Below the pieces are notes generated by a model. That model was not told where the DNA came from and did not search any database. It saw only the letters and a list, made by a program, of their open reading frames with translations. The translations under genes and the position numbers were made by a program. This document shows positions 51,331-60,148 of a DNA stretch of 64,000 nt, one piece after another. Positions within the stretch are counted from its first letter, which is position 1, and the number at the start of each line of letters is the position of its first letter. Origin of the DNA: an uncultured Pseudomonadota bacterium (GTDB taxonomy: Bacteria > Pseudomonadota > Alphaproteobacteria > Acetobacterales > Acetobacteraceae); contig OY970156.1 in NCBI GenBank assembly GCA_963706195.1, positions 4,187,651-4,251,650 of the forward strand, written 5' to 3'.

Positions 51331-51885
51331 TCAGCGCTCCAATAGCTCCCTTGGACGGACGGCGAACCTCGTGATCTCGAGGTGTCGGACGTTCCTGCAG
51401 TCCACCCCGCGCCGCGGCCATCGCCATTGCTCCGGCAGGTTGCCGTGCGAGCGCCCGCAAAGACGTGGCCTGCCATGATGGTCCGCGGCCCGGGCCCAAA
51501 TTTTGTAGGGTGAGTACGTCGGCCAGCGGTCCCCAACCGCGGTTCCGTCCGTCGTTTGCGAGCGTGCCTACCGCCAGGATATCCGCCCAAGCCTCCGGCT
51601 GTGATGGAACGACTTCAACCGGACTGCGACCTGCGTCGCCACGGGCCTTACGAGCGAACAGCGAACCATCTCCTTGTGTCACGGTGCCCACAGGCACGAC
51701 GCACCGGCGATGGCGCACGGGTGTCTCGGCTCGGGAGAAGATGGCCGTTCCTTCATGTCTGGTTCGTCTTGCCCTACACCGACCGCTGAGGGACAGCGGC
51801 CGAAGAGCGGCAGTGGTGGAGCTTCATCCTTCTCGCCGCCCGAGTGGCGGACAAACGAGAGCGACCGCTGATCAAGGACCTTCAT
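51331..51885 (-). pseudogene. Degenerate metallophosphoesterase paralogue
   Basis: It starts MKVL... (compare MKVW... in 53632-54153). A different frame reads ...YKIWARAADHHGRPRLCGRSHGNLP...GVDCRNVRHLEI..., matching ...WPKSHHGSLHLYGHSHGAVP...GVDCWNLRPVGLDEI of the intact copy. It needs several frame changes and the GNHD motif is not recognisable. Confidence 0.5.
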
Positions 51886-52079
51886 AGTCACCACTCAGCG
51901 GAATCTCGTGGCAGCGGATCTCGTGATCATCGCCTGGAAGTTCGTTGGTCAAAGGAAGTAGACGGCGCCAAGGCGCTCGCCCGGGCGGCATGTGTTGCAC
52001 TCCATTCGAGGGTGCGCTAGTGCAATTTTGTGCCGAGCGAAGGCGTCGGCGCACCAGTGAGCGGCTCGGGTCTGTAGCG

Positions 52080-53000
52080 ATGACGAACGAAAGTGGCGCG
52101 AAATCCAAGACGATACCAGCGGCCTGGGACGACGTTCGCGTATTTCTCGCAATTGTAGACTATGGGTCGACCCACCGAGCAGCTCAAATGCTTACGCTGG
52201 ATCATACCACGGTGGGGCGGCGGCTGCGAGCATTTGAGCAGCGCCTTAATGTTGTGCTTTTCGAGCGGCGGCGAGGGCGTTTGGAGCTCACTCCTGATGG
52301 CGATGCAATCCTTGCCCACGCGCGGCGCATGGAAGCCGCTGCCCGGGACCTGATGGCCGAGGCCGCTCAGACAGGGGGGCTTCGCGGCGAGGTGTCCTTA
52401 AACGTGAGCGAAGGCTTGGCCAGCTACTGGCTGATCCCAAGCCTGCGGCCTTTCCTAAGCAATCATTGCGAAATTGCTATCCGCTGGCAGACGATGGACC
52501 AGGAGTACCTGGTTCCCGGGCAGCAGACAGACATGGCCATTTGGTGGTGGCGCCCCAAGGATGGCAACCTTGTTCAAAGGAAGCTCGGGAATGTACGGTT
52601 CTCTCTGTTTACGACACGAGAGTACCAGGAGCAGTTCGGCATCCCGCGCTCAGTGGACGAACTCGACGCGCATTCGTTTCTGCAGTTCGATGCGTACGAG
52701 AGGAACCCGGCATTCACCCGCTGGAACGCTCTCGTACACAGGATCGGCCCGTCGGTGCGGCTTGGGAACAGCACTCTCACCCCGAGCATAATAAAGGGCG
52801 GGCGGGTGATCGCATTGCTCCCTGAATACGTCCTTCTCATCGAGCCCGAACTTCTGGTGCCGGTCCCGGTCGATGTTGGCGTGACCCTGGAGGCGTGGCT
52901 CGTCTACCATCAAGACCAGCGGGCGGTCCCGAGAATCAGGGCGCTCTCCGATGAGATTGCGCGATTGGCGAAGCTTGGGGCAGGAACCTGGTTCGCCTGA
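52080..53000 (+). CDS. LysR-family transcriptional regulator
   Basis: 306 aa from ATG 52080. wHTH WDDVRVFLAIVDYGSTHRAAQMLTLDHTTVGRRLRAFE. It is divergent from the degenerate phosphoesterase module. GC is visibly lower. Confidence 0.85.
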   Translation: MTNESGAKSKTIPAAWDDVRVFLAIVDYGSTHRAAQMLTLDHTTVGRRLRAFEQRLNVVLFERRRGRLELTPDGDAILAHARRMEAAARDLMAEAAQTGGLRGEVSLNVSEGLASYWLIPSLRPFLSNHCEIAIRWQTMDQEYLVPGQQTDMAIWWWRPKDGNLVQRKLGNVRFSLFTTREYQEQFGIPRSVDELDAHSFLQFDAYERNPAFTRWNALVHRIGPSVRLGNSTLTPSIIKGGRVIALLPEYVLLIEPELLVPVPVDVGVTLEAWLVYHQDQRAVPRIRALSDEIARLAKLGAGTWFA

Positions 53001-53055
53001 ACATGGGTCGCTGCCAGTACCATTCCTCAGTGCGTTGGAGAGCGATGACCCGTCC

Positions 53056-53635
53056 TCAAATGGTGACACTGGCCACGCGCTGACGGATGTCGGTCCAAGT
53101 TCGCCACAAGCTCTCCGCGTCCGGCAGCGCCCGGTGGTGCGCCCGCGCGCCGCGCCTCCTCGGCCCTGGCGCGAATCAAGATGCGGCTGCCAACGGCCTC
53201 GACTGTCGCCGCGCGGCGCGCCAGGGCGCGCTCGCCTTCGGGCAACGGCTCCCGGCCGAGCAGTGTCAGGATCTCTTGGCGGTAGAGCGCGTCGACATCC
53301 AGCAGCCGCAGCGCGATAGCTGGGGGATGGGGCAGCACCGCCAGCAGTTCGGCAAGCCAAGCGCCATCGAAACTAGGTGTATCGGAGTAGGTTTCGTTGC
53401 CAGCCAGGACTTCCACAACCCGGGCTGCGACCCATTCCGCGTCGCGACCATCCCTGGCGATGCAGCCCCGACTGATGCCGTGGACCAACTCGCTGGCGAT
53501 GCTCCAGTTATCCCGACCCTCCCCCGGGCGGATCAGGTGCGCTTCCCCGTGGCCGTTCTCGTCCACCCAGGCGACCTCGATAGGGACGCTGTCGGGCTCC
53601 AGGCTGCTGGCCTCGAAGTCGACAAAATACTTCAT
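53056..53635 (-). CDS. DEDDh-type 3'-5' exonuclease (one frameshift near 53150)
   Basis: ExoI MKYFVDFEASS and ExoII YSDTPSFDGAWL are present. After a frame change, AHHRALPDAESLWRTW (ExoIII) runs to a stop at 53056. There is an ATGA overlap with the phosphoesterase stop. The track ORF is 53027-53710. Confidence 0.7.
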
Positions 53636-54153
53636 TGATTGCCTCCGCGCTCCGGCAGTGTCCCGAGATGGGCGATGATTTCGTCCAGGCCGACGGGTCG
53701 TAAATTCCAACAGTCAACGCCGACATCGCAGCTCTGCCGGTCGCCCGGCACCGCCCCGTGGCTGTGGCCGTAGAGGTGCAGCGATCCGTGATGGCTCTTC
53801 GGCCACGTCCTCATCGCGTAGTGCAATAAAACCACGCCGTGGCCTTCGACCGCGATTTCCGCCATCGGCTGGGAACTCGCCCACAGCCGGGACGAACGCG
53901 TCGCTTCGCTATCGTGGTTGCCCACGATCAAGTGCTTGGAGCCGTTCAGCTGCTGCAGGTAGGTCTCCGGTGCCTGAGCGCTTCGATATGCGAAGTCCCC
54001 CAGGTGCCACACGTCGTCGTTCAGGCCCACCACTGCGTTCCACATGGCGATCAGTGCCTCGTCCATTTCTTTGACGCTGCCGAACGGCCTGTCGCAGTGC
54101 TTTAGGATGTTGCGGTGACCGAAGTGGGTGTCGGCGGTGAACCAGACCTTCAT
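53632..54153 (-). CDS. Metallophosphoesterase (calcineurin-like)
   Basis: 173 aa. Motifs: FTADTHFGH, HLGDF, VGNHD, GHSHG. Confidence 0.85.
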   Translation of the reverse strand: MKVWFTADTHFGHRNILKHCDRPFGSVKEMDEALIAMWNAVVGLNDDVWHLGDFAYRSAQAPETYLQQLNGSKHLIVGNHDSEATRSSRLWASSQPMAEIAVEGHGVVLLHYAMRTWPKSHHGSLHLYGHSHGAVPGDRQSCDVGVDCWNLRPVGLDEIIAHLGTLPERGGNQ

Positions 54154-54284
54154 GGCGCTGCCCTCCGCACGGTATGGGCGTTCGGCCCCGCCAGGATTTC
54201 CTGCACCTCGTCGCCGGTCAGCAGACCCTGCTCAAGCAGCCCTTGGGCGATGGCATCCAGGAGGCTGCGGTCGCGCTTGTGCAT
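54150..54284 (-). CDS. Small ORF (44 aa), possibly the 3' remnant of a gene cut by MITE-A copy 2
   Basis: MHKRDRSLLDAIAQGLLEQGLLTGDEVQEILAG... Its stop overlaps the phosphoesterase ATG. Its ATG lies inside the MITE end. Confidence 0.3.
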   Translation of the reverse strand: MHKRDRSLLDAIAQGLLEQGLLTGDEVQEILAGPNAHTVRRAAP

Positions 54285-54468
54285 CGGCGCCCAACTTTGA
54301 CCCCGCTTCGATCTGACTCCAATGCGTTGATAAGATTTGAAGGATCGGCAGTCAGCCGGGGTCAAGGTTGGGCGCCGATCCTGACCCCTCCGAGCTACCG
54401 AAAAATCGAGCCACATCAGGGCCCTATGTCACGATGCGGGTCGGGTCAAACTTCGACGCCGATCTACA
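54278..54468. mobile_element. MITE-A copy 2 (uninterrupted, 191 bp)
   Basis: See copy 1. It contains the inverted pair ATCGGCGCCCAACTTTGACCCCG / CGGGGTCAAGGTTGGGCGCCGAT. Confidence 0.75.
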
Positions 54469-54876
54469 GAATAAGTACCTGATTTAGTTTACTATAGATT
54501 GCGTGGTTATACGTCACCCTACAGCTGTAACGCGACGCGTAATCTTGCAACGTGCGTCGCCTACGATCTGCGATCTCCATCTCCTGCCCGCCGGTATCCA
54601 AGGAATCCGCTCAGCCCACCCGCCGGGACTTCGCGCCGGGCGCCGACGGCAACTCGGCGCCTGCCAACGGCGTATCGAGGATACCGAGACCCTGCCTGCC
54701 TCACCCACAAGCACCGCCTCACCCGCCGTCGGTCCTGTCGCCGGACCGAGGGTCATGCCGGGGGCGAAGCGGCTGGGCAGATCGCGCCGACGTTCTAGGG
54801 CGTGTCGTCATTTAGGGGATTCCCACGAAGGGAATCGCGTGATTCCTAACGGGTCAACCGATTCGGAGGTTGACCT

Positions 54877-55248
54877 GTGCCCCGTTATGCCCTGCGCGAT
54901 GATCAATGGGACCGCATTCGCGATCTGCTGCCAGGCCGGGAGGGCCACGTGGGCGTGACGGCGGCGGATAATCGCCTGTTTGTGGAGGCGGTGCTCTATC
55001 GCTATCGGGCTGGCATTCCCTGGCGTGACCTGCCGGAACGCTTTGGTGATGGGGTGCAGGTGCACCGGCGCTTCAGCCGTTGGGCCAAATCAGGGGTCTG
55101 GGAACGCGTGTTCAAGGTGCTCGCCGCGGATGCCGACAATGAATACGCGATGATCAACAGCACCATCGTACGCGCCCATCAGCACAGTGCCGGCGCCAAA
55201 AAAAAGCCGGCGAGGACCAGGCGATCGGACGATCCCGCGGTGGATTGA
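54877..55248 (+). CDS. IS transposase OrfA (copy 2)
   Basis: As copy 1, with 4 amino-acid differences. Confidence 0.85.
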   Translation: MPRYALRDDQWDRIRDLLPGREGHVGVTAADNRLFVEAVLYRYRAGIPWRDLPERFGDGVQVHRRFSRWAKSGVWERVFKVLAADADNEYAMINSTIVRAHQHSAGAKKKPARTRRSDDPAVD

Positions 55249-55634
55249 GCACCAAGATCCACGCTTTGGTCGATGCGCTCGGCAACCCAATCGGCTTCCA
55301 CCTGACCGGCGGGCAGGCCCACGATCTGGTCGGAGCGGATCATCTGCTGCCCGGGATGCAGGCCGACACCCTGATCGCCGACAAGGGCTTCGACGCCGAT
55401 CAGCGCGTCATCAAACCGCTGCAAGCCGCCGGCAAAACAGCGGTCATCCCGCCCAGAGAGCATCGCCGCCTGCCGCGCGACTTCGACAGAGACCTCTATA
55501 AAGCGCGCCACCTGATCGAGAACTTCTTCGCCAAACTCAAGCAGTTCCGCGCAATCGCCACTCGCTACGACAAAACTGCCCGAAATTTCCTCGCCGCCAT
55601 CCACTTGGCCGCCACAGCCATTTGGCTCAATTGA
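55245..55634 (+). CDS. IS transposase OrfB (copy 2)
   Basis: The protein is identical to copy 1 OrfB. Confidence 0.85.
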   Translation: MSTKIHALVDALGNPIGFHLTGGQAHDLVGADHLLPGMQADTLIADKGFDADQRVIKPLQAAGKTAVIPPREHRRLPRDFDRDLYKARHLIENFFAKLKQFRAIATRYDKTARNFLAAIHLAATAIWLN

Positions 55635-55643
55635 CGACACGCC

Positions 55644-55690
55644 CTAGTGTCCCGACTCGCAAATAGCGTCATCATGCGTCGGGACACTAG
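55644..55690. terminator. Terminator-like hairpin at the IS copy 2 junction
   Basis: CTAGTGTCCCGAC (55644-55656) pairs with GTCGGGACACTAG (55678-55690), leaving a 21-nt loop. It is followed by CTCTTTGTTTT. It lies downstream of the convergent ompA-like lipoprotein gene. Confidence 0.5.
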
Positions 55691-55750
55691 CTCTTTGTTT
55701 TCAGTGGCCTGCTGGTCCCTGATATGGGAAGGCATTTCAGGAGCAGGACA

Positions 55751-56308
55751 CTAGCCGGCGGCCAGCGTAAGCTCCACGCGTCGGTTCTGTGCCCGGCCCG
55801 CCGCCGTGTTGTTCGAGGCCACGGGTTGCGAGTCGCCGTAGCCATGCGCCGAGATCAGATCGGGCTTCACGCCTTGCGATATCAGGTACTGCATGACGTT
55901 ATCCGCGCGCTTCTGCGACAGGATCTGGTTCGACGTGATGCCCTGCTTCGCAAGCGCCGGACCGATCGGAGTGTTATCGGTATAGCCGTTCACCTCTATC
56001 TTTTGTTCCTGGGTCGGGGCGAGCTTTGCCGCCATCCTGGAGATGATCTGCTGCCCGCGCGCACTCAGGTGCCAACCGCCCGGCTGGAACAGCAAGTCGC
56101 TGTTGACCGTATATTTGATGGCGCCCTGCAACCGGCTGATCTGCGCGTGCGCGGCGGCAAGCTCCGCCGACTGCGACGTAACCTGCTGCTGGAGACCCTG
56201 GTTCTCTGACTTCAGCGCGTCGTACTGGCTCTGGGAGACGCATCCCGTCAGGACCATGGCCGAGACCAGCGATCCGGCGATGAGGAAGGATTTGTTTGGG
56301 GTGTTCAC
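55751..56308 (-). CDS. OmpA-family peptidoglycan-binding lipoprotein
   Basis: Lipobox LTGC, a coiled-coil spacer, and a C-terminal OmpA domain (NGYTDNTPIG...SQKRADNV...NRRVEL). Confidence 0.88.
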   Translation of the reverse strand: MNTPNKSFLIAGSLVSAMVLTGCVSQSQYDALKSENQGLQQQVTSQSAELAAAHAQISRLQGAIKYTVNSDLLFQPGGWHLSARGQQIISRMAAKLAPTQEQKIEVNGYTDNTPIGPALAKQGITSNQILSQKRADNVMQYLISQGVKPDLISAHGYGDSQPVASNNTAAGRAQNRRVELTLAAG

Positions 56309-56528
56309 AGGCGTGACTCCTCAGTGTTGCATGGCCTGGGCCGAAGATTCCGCTGATCGGTACTGGGCAGAGGTCTCCGGATCGCGAATTCCGATCAACT
56401 TGACGGCGCATGAAGTCACATGACGAGGGCCGGCGGCTATGCACTTCCGGCAACGACTACCCGCCGTGGCCGGGCGGGATGCCCGAGTGCTCCGTCAGGA
56501 GCGGGACCGAGGCCGTGCGCCGCCGCCG

Positions 56529-56772
56529 CTACCGGTCCAAGTCCAGCCTCCCGCGGTCCTCGTCGGAGTTCCCGAACGTGGCGCAGGGGCGCTTGCCGAT
56601 CGCGAGGTTGATGCCCATCGCTTGGGCGAGATGCCGTACACGCCCTCGGCACAGGCGCGTACGAACGCCTGATCGTCACCGGTGACGATAGAGGTGCGGA
56701 ACCCATTGGCACGCAGATCGTCGATCGCTTTCCGCATCGGGCCATACACGTGCTCGTTGCCCGGTTCGTCGG
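56529..56772 (-). pseudogene. Remnant of a HAD-superfamily hydrolase
   Basis: ...YGPMRKAIDDLRANGFRTSIVTGDDQAFVRACAEGVYGI... After a frame change it reads IGKRPCATFGNSDED. The N-terminal half is missing. Confidence 0.4.
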
Positions 56773-57630
56773 TCAGAAAATCAGCGTGATCTGCGCGCGC
56801 AACTGCCAGGTCGGGCCGAATTCCGGCCGCAGGGCATTGTAGTACGCGCCAATCGCGAGATTGATCGGCAACTTGCCGCCGATCCTGATGACGCGGCCAA
56901 ACTGACCGCCCAGCGGCAGGGTCCAGGCGTTGTTGCCGGCGGTCAGCCAGTTTGCCGTGATGATCGGTGCGCTGCCGACATACCACCCCTTCCCGAAATT
57001 GTAGTTCGCGAATGGCTGCATCAGGAACACGTTGTAACGCGTGCCGGTGGGTCCGGAGGTGCCGCCGAACGACCAGACATCATTGACCAGAACGCCTGTG
57101 ACCCAGGGGCCCTTGATATACACCAGCACTCCGGTCGGACCGCCGCCCCACACGGTGGAGCCGAGGCTCTTGTCGCTGATCGTCGGCACCTGCAACACCG
57201 GCCCGATGCCCCAGAGCCAGCCGTTGACCGGCCTGCTTGGCGAGAGGAACGCCGAGAACGTGGTCGGGCCGGTGCCGAACGGCACGGTCCGTGCCGGCTG
57301 CAGCGACGGCTGCCAGACCAGCGGCAGGATCGTACGGGTGATGAGGTTCCAGTCCTCGTTGAGGTGGATGGGGATCACCGGCTGGACATTCAGGATGTCC
57401 TGGGTGCCCCTGTTCGGGCCATAGTTGAAGTTCGTGTTGTTCTGGAACGGGAAGCTGTAGAGATCGCCGATCGGGTTCTGTAGCTTCTTGGCCAGTGCCG
57501 TCGTGTCGTCCGTGCCGGCGCCGGCCGGCATCGGGCCTGGTGCCGAGGATTGTCCAAGCGCCGCGCCCGACATGACCAGGAGGGCGAGCAGGCCGGCGCT
57601 TCGTGTGCTCAACCGCGACGTGCGCAACAT
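56773..57630 (-). CDS. Outer-membrane beta-barrel protein (possibly MetA-pathway/phenol-degradation-like transporter family)
   Basis: 285 aa. Signal peptide ending ALGQSS, alternating-polarity strands, and a C-terminal ...QITLIF. Confidence 0.65.
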   Translation of the reverse strand: MLRTSRLSTRSAGLLALLVMSGAALGQSSAPGPMPAGAGTDDTTALAKKLQNPIGDLYSFPFQNNTNFNYGPNRGTQDILNVQPVIPIHLNEDWNLITRTILPLVWQPSLQPARTVPFGTGPTTFSAFLSPSRPVNGWLWGIGPVLQVPTISDKSLGSTVWGGGPTGVLVYIKGPWVTGVLVNDVWSFGGTSGPTGTRYNVFLMQPFANYNFGKGWYVGSAPIITANWLTAGNNAWTLPLGGQFGRVIRIGGKLPINLAIGAYYNALRPEFGPTWQLRAQITLIF

Positions 57631-57815
57631 GGTCAGGCGTCCCGAACGAGGTTCCCGACGCGCGAACCGCGAACCGCCAGGCAAGCGAAGAACCGGCGCG
57701 GCGGGCACGTTTCCAAGATGCACGCCGCGCCGGAGTTCGCACAGGTTTTCGCCGGTCGTGCGACGGACCAGCGGACCCAGCCGATCGGCCGCGCGCCTGC
57801 CTGCGAACAGGGAGA

Positions 57816-58595
57816 TCATTGCATGCTGCGAATCAGGTCCAACAGCGGCTGCTGGCTCACGCTGATGATGCCCGCTTGCGGATTGTCGAGGTCGAAGACT
57901 AACATGATCACGCCGGCGATCATCACGGCTACGATCAGCATCGCAATGCGATGCTGCCCGGCCGCCTGCACGGCTCCGTAGCCCGAGAAGCCCAGCGCCA
58001 CGACGGCGATTCCCGCTAGCATGAGGAAGACGCCCGCCGGCACGGTATCGCGTGCGACCATCAGCCTTTTCGCATGCACGTCGATCATGGTGTTCAGGGC
58101 CTGGATGAACAGGCCGGTCGGGACGACGTTCGGGTTCTCTTTCGCCGCCGCCATGGCGTCCCGCCACAATTCTTCCTGGATCCCGGCCGTGTGGCGCAGC
58201 CCCTGAACCGCCGCGGCAGACGTCAACCGAAACCCCCGGCTGGCGACGCGAAGCTGCGCGTACTCCTTGAAAAGAGGCGCGACGGCTGCGGCGCACGGCT
58301 CCGCCAGCATGCGGCCGCGGAGGGCTGCGGTCCCGATCGCATTGGCCTCCTCCAGAACGGCTGCCTTGCGCGCGTCGAAGCGGGCCACGGCCATCACGAA
58401 GGTGAAGCCGATCATCAGCGCGAGCAGGCCCATCGACGGCGCCGCCAGGCTGGAGACGAATCCCGCAGCTTCGCCGGCGCCGCGCGCGCGATGACGCCGG
58501 CCGAGCACCGCTCCGCATTCCACGGAGCCGACCGTGAGGAGGAGCAGCAGCCCGAGGAGGCCCCACTCGTTCGTCGTGTAGAGCCACTCGGTCAT
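57816..58595 (-). CDS. DUF4239 membrane protein
   Basis: 259 aa. The pattern LLALMIGFTFVMAVARFDARKAAVLEEANAIGTA ... VFDLDNPQAGIISVSQQPL is typical of DUF4239. Confidence 0.6.
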   Translation of the reverse strand: MTEWLYTTNEWGLLGLLLLLTVGSVECGAVLGRRHRARGAGEAAGFVSSLAAPSMGLLALMIGFTFVMAVARFDARKAAVLEEANAIGTAALRGRMLAEPCAAAVAPLFKEYAQLRVASRGFRLTSAAAVQGLRHTAGIQEELWRDAMAAAKENPNVVPTGLFIQALNTMIDVHAKRLMVARDTVPAGVFLMLAGIAVVALGFSGYGAVQAAGQHRIAMLIVAVMIAGVIMLVFDLDNPQAGIISVSQQPLLDLIRSMQ

Positions 58596-58758
58596 CCCTG
58601 GCCGGTCGTGTGCCGGGACCGCCGGCGATCACGCCCATGGGGCCAGGGTGCGCGCAGGCCGGTTGCGCCGCGCGCGGCCTGGGCTTGCGGAACCTCCGCA
58701 CGTTCGGCGTGCGAACCGCAGCTTGCCGAGGATGATACCCCGCCGGGCACTGCGGCAG

Positions 58759-59880
58759 TCATTGCAGCACGATCTCGACCCGGCGGTTCTGCGGCTCGCG
58801 CGTGCCCGGGCCTGTCGCAACCAGGAGATGCGTATCGCCGAAACCCCGGACGGTGATGACCTCCCGAGGCACGGCATCCGCCACCAGCTCGGCGGCGACG
58901 GCGTCCGCGCGTCGCACCGACAGGGTCTGATTGTATCGGGACGAACCAGACGTGTCCGTATAGCCGCTGACGTTGATCCGTGTGTACTGGACCCGTGTAG
59001 AGTTCTCCGCCGCCTCCCTGACAACCTGCCGCGCACGGGTCGAGAGGGTCGCCTGGTCCCAGTCGAAGAATACCAGGTACGAGCGGGCCGGCGCCGGTGC
59101 CGGCGCAGCGACCGGCACCGGCGCCGGAGTCGGGGGTGGGGGCGGGACGTTGAAGGCGTATCGGATCCCGACCAGCAGGGCATGGTTGAACTCGCTTCCC
59201 GCCCTGACCGCTGTCGGAATGGAGCCGACCGCCGGTCCGGTGAACGTCGCGCCGTAATTGCGGTTCCCGGCGAGTCCCATGAATCGGTACTCGGCCGTGA
59301 TCGCCAGCCCCGGCGTTTCCTTCATGGGAAACGCGACGCCGACGATCGCCTGATAGGCGAAGGCACCCTGCGTGTCGTTGACGGTGAACCGATCCCCGAT
59401 CGCATCGCCGGCGTTGACGCCTGACCATTGCGCCCACTGATACCCGATGCCGGCCCCCAGATAGGGCGTGACCCAGGGTGCGACGTTGTCGAAATCATAG
59501 AGGACATTGACCATCAGCCCGAACTTCTGCTCAGTCCCGCCCGAATGGATGCTGAGGCCGTTGACGGTTCCCTGCACGCTGCCGACGCTATTGTTCCGAT
59601 ACCCGAACTCGGCCTCCGTCCGAAGCCCGTTGCCGAAGCCCCAGCCAACGCTGACAAGGCCTGCGAAACCCGGACTGAAAAACATGTTCGTCGATCCGGT
59701 TCCGACGGACCCGGGGACCGGAACCTCGGGAGCAACCCGGACATTGTTGCTCTGCATGAAGTTCGCGCCAAGGCCGGCACCGACGTAGAGGCCGTCGATC
59801 GGCTGTGCGCCCGCCTGCGACCCCACGGCGAGGACCGCGGCGGTCATGACCACACAACAGGCGACGACGCGCGTGTTCAC
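58759..59880 (-). CDS. OmpA-family outer membrane protein (beta-barrel + Pro-rich linker + OmpA domain)
   Basis: GTG 59880 with GAGGA upstream. Signal peptide, Omp25-like barrel, PPPPPTPAPVPVAAPAPAPA linker, and C-terminal SGYTDTSGSSRYNQTLSVRRA...NRRVEIV. Confidence 0.88.
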   Translation of the reverse strand: MNTRVVACCVVMTAAVLAVGSQAGAQPIDGLYVGAGLGANFMQSNNVRVAPEVPVPGSVGTGSTNMFFSPGFAGLVSVGWGFGNGLRTEAEFGYRNNSVGSVQGTVNGLSIHSGGTEQKFGLMVNVLYDFDNVAPWVTPYLGAGIGYQWAQWSGVNAGDAIGDRFTVNDTQGAFAYQAIVGVAFPMKETPGLAITAEYRFMGLAGNRNYGATFTGPAVGSIPTAVRAGSEFNHALLVGIRYAFNVPPPPPTPAPVPVAAPAPAPARSYLVFFDWDQATLSTRARQVVREAAENSTRVQYTRINVSGYTDTSGSSRYNQTLSVRRADAVAAELVADAVPREVITVRGFGDTHLLVATGPGTREPQNRRVEIVLQ

Positions 59881-60148
59881 GGCCGGAGATCCTCGGGTGC
59901 TGGGCGCTCCGGCTAGCGTGGCGCAGGGGCCATCCACCCACTATGCAGAACCGGCACGCCTCCAATCACGGACACGTGAGAACGCTATCGCGAGATACGG
60001 CCACCCCATTGCAAGGACCGTCCGCAACCACACCACCGGAATGGAATCGCCGAATCTGCATAGTCGGCGGAGGATATCGCAGCTACGCGGCCAGGGTGGG
60101 GGCTGGGCGATCCCGAGTCCCCCTCCATGAAGGCGGGCTGGGCTCATC

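Larger units (their letters stand above)
54798..55644 (+). mobile_element. IS5-family (IS427-group-like) insertion sequence, copy 2, 847 bp
   Basis: Same orientation as copy 1, differing by a handful of substitutions (4 OrfA residues differ). The A-run is A8 here (55198-55205). Flanking TA duplication. Confidence 0.9.
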
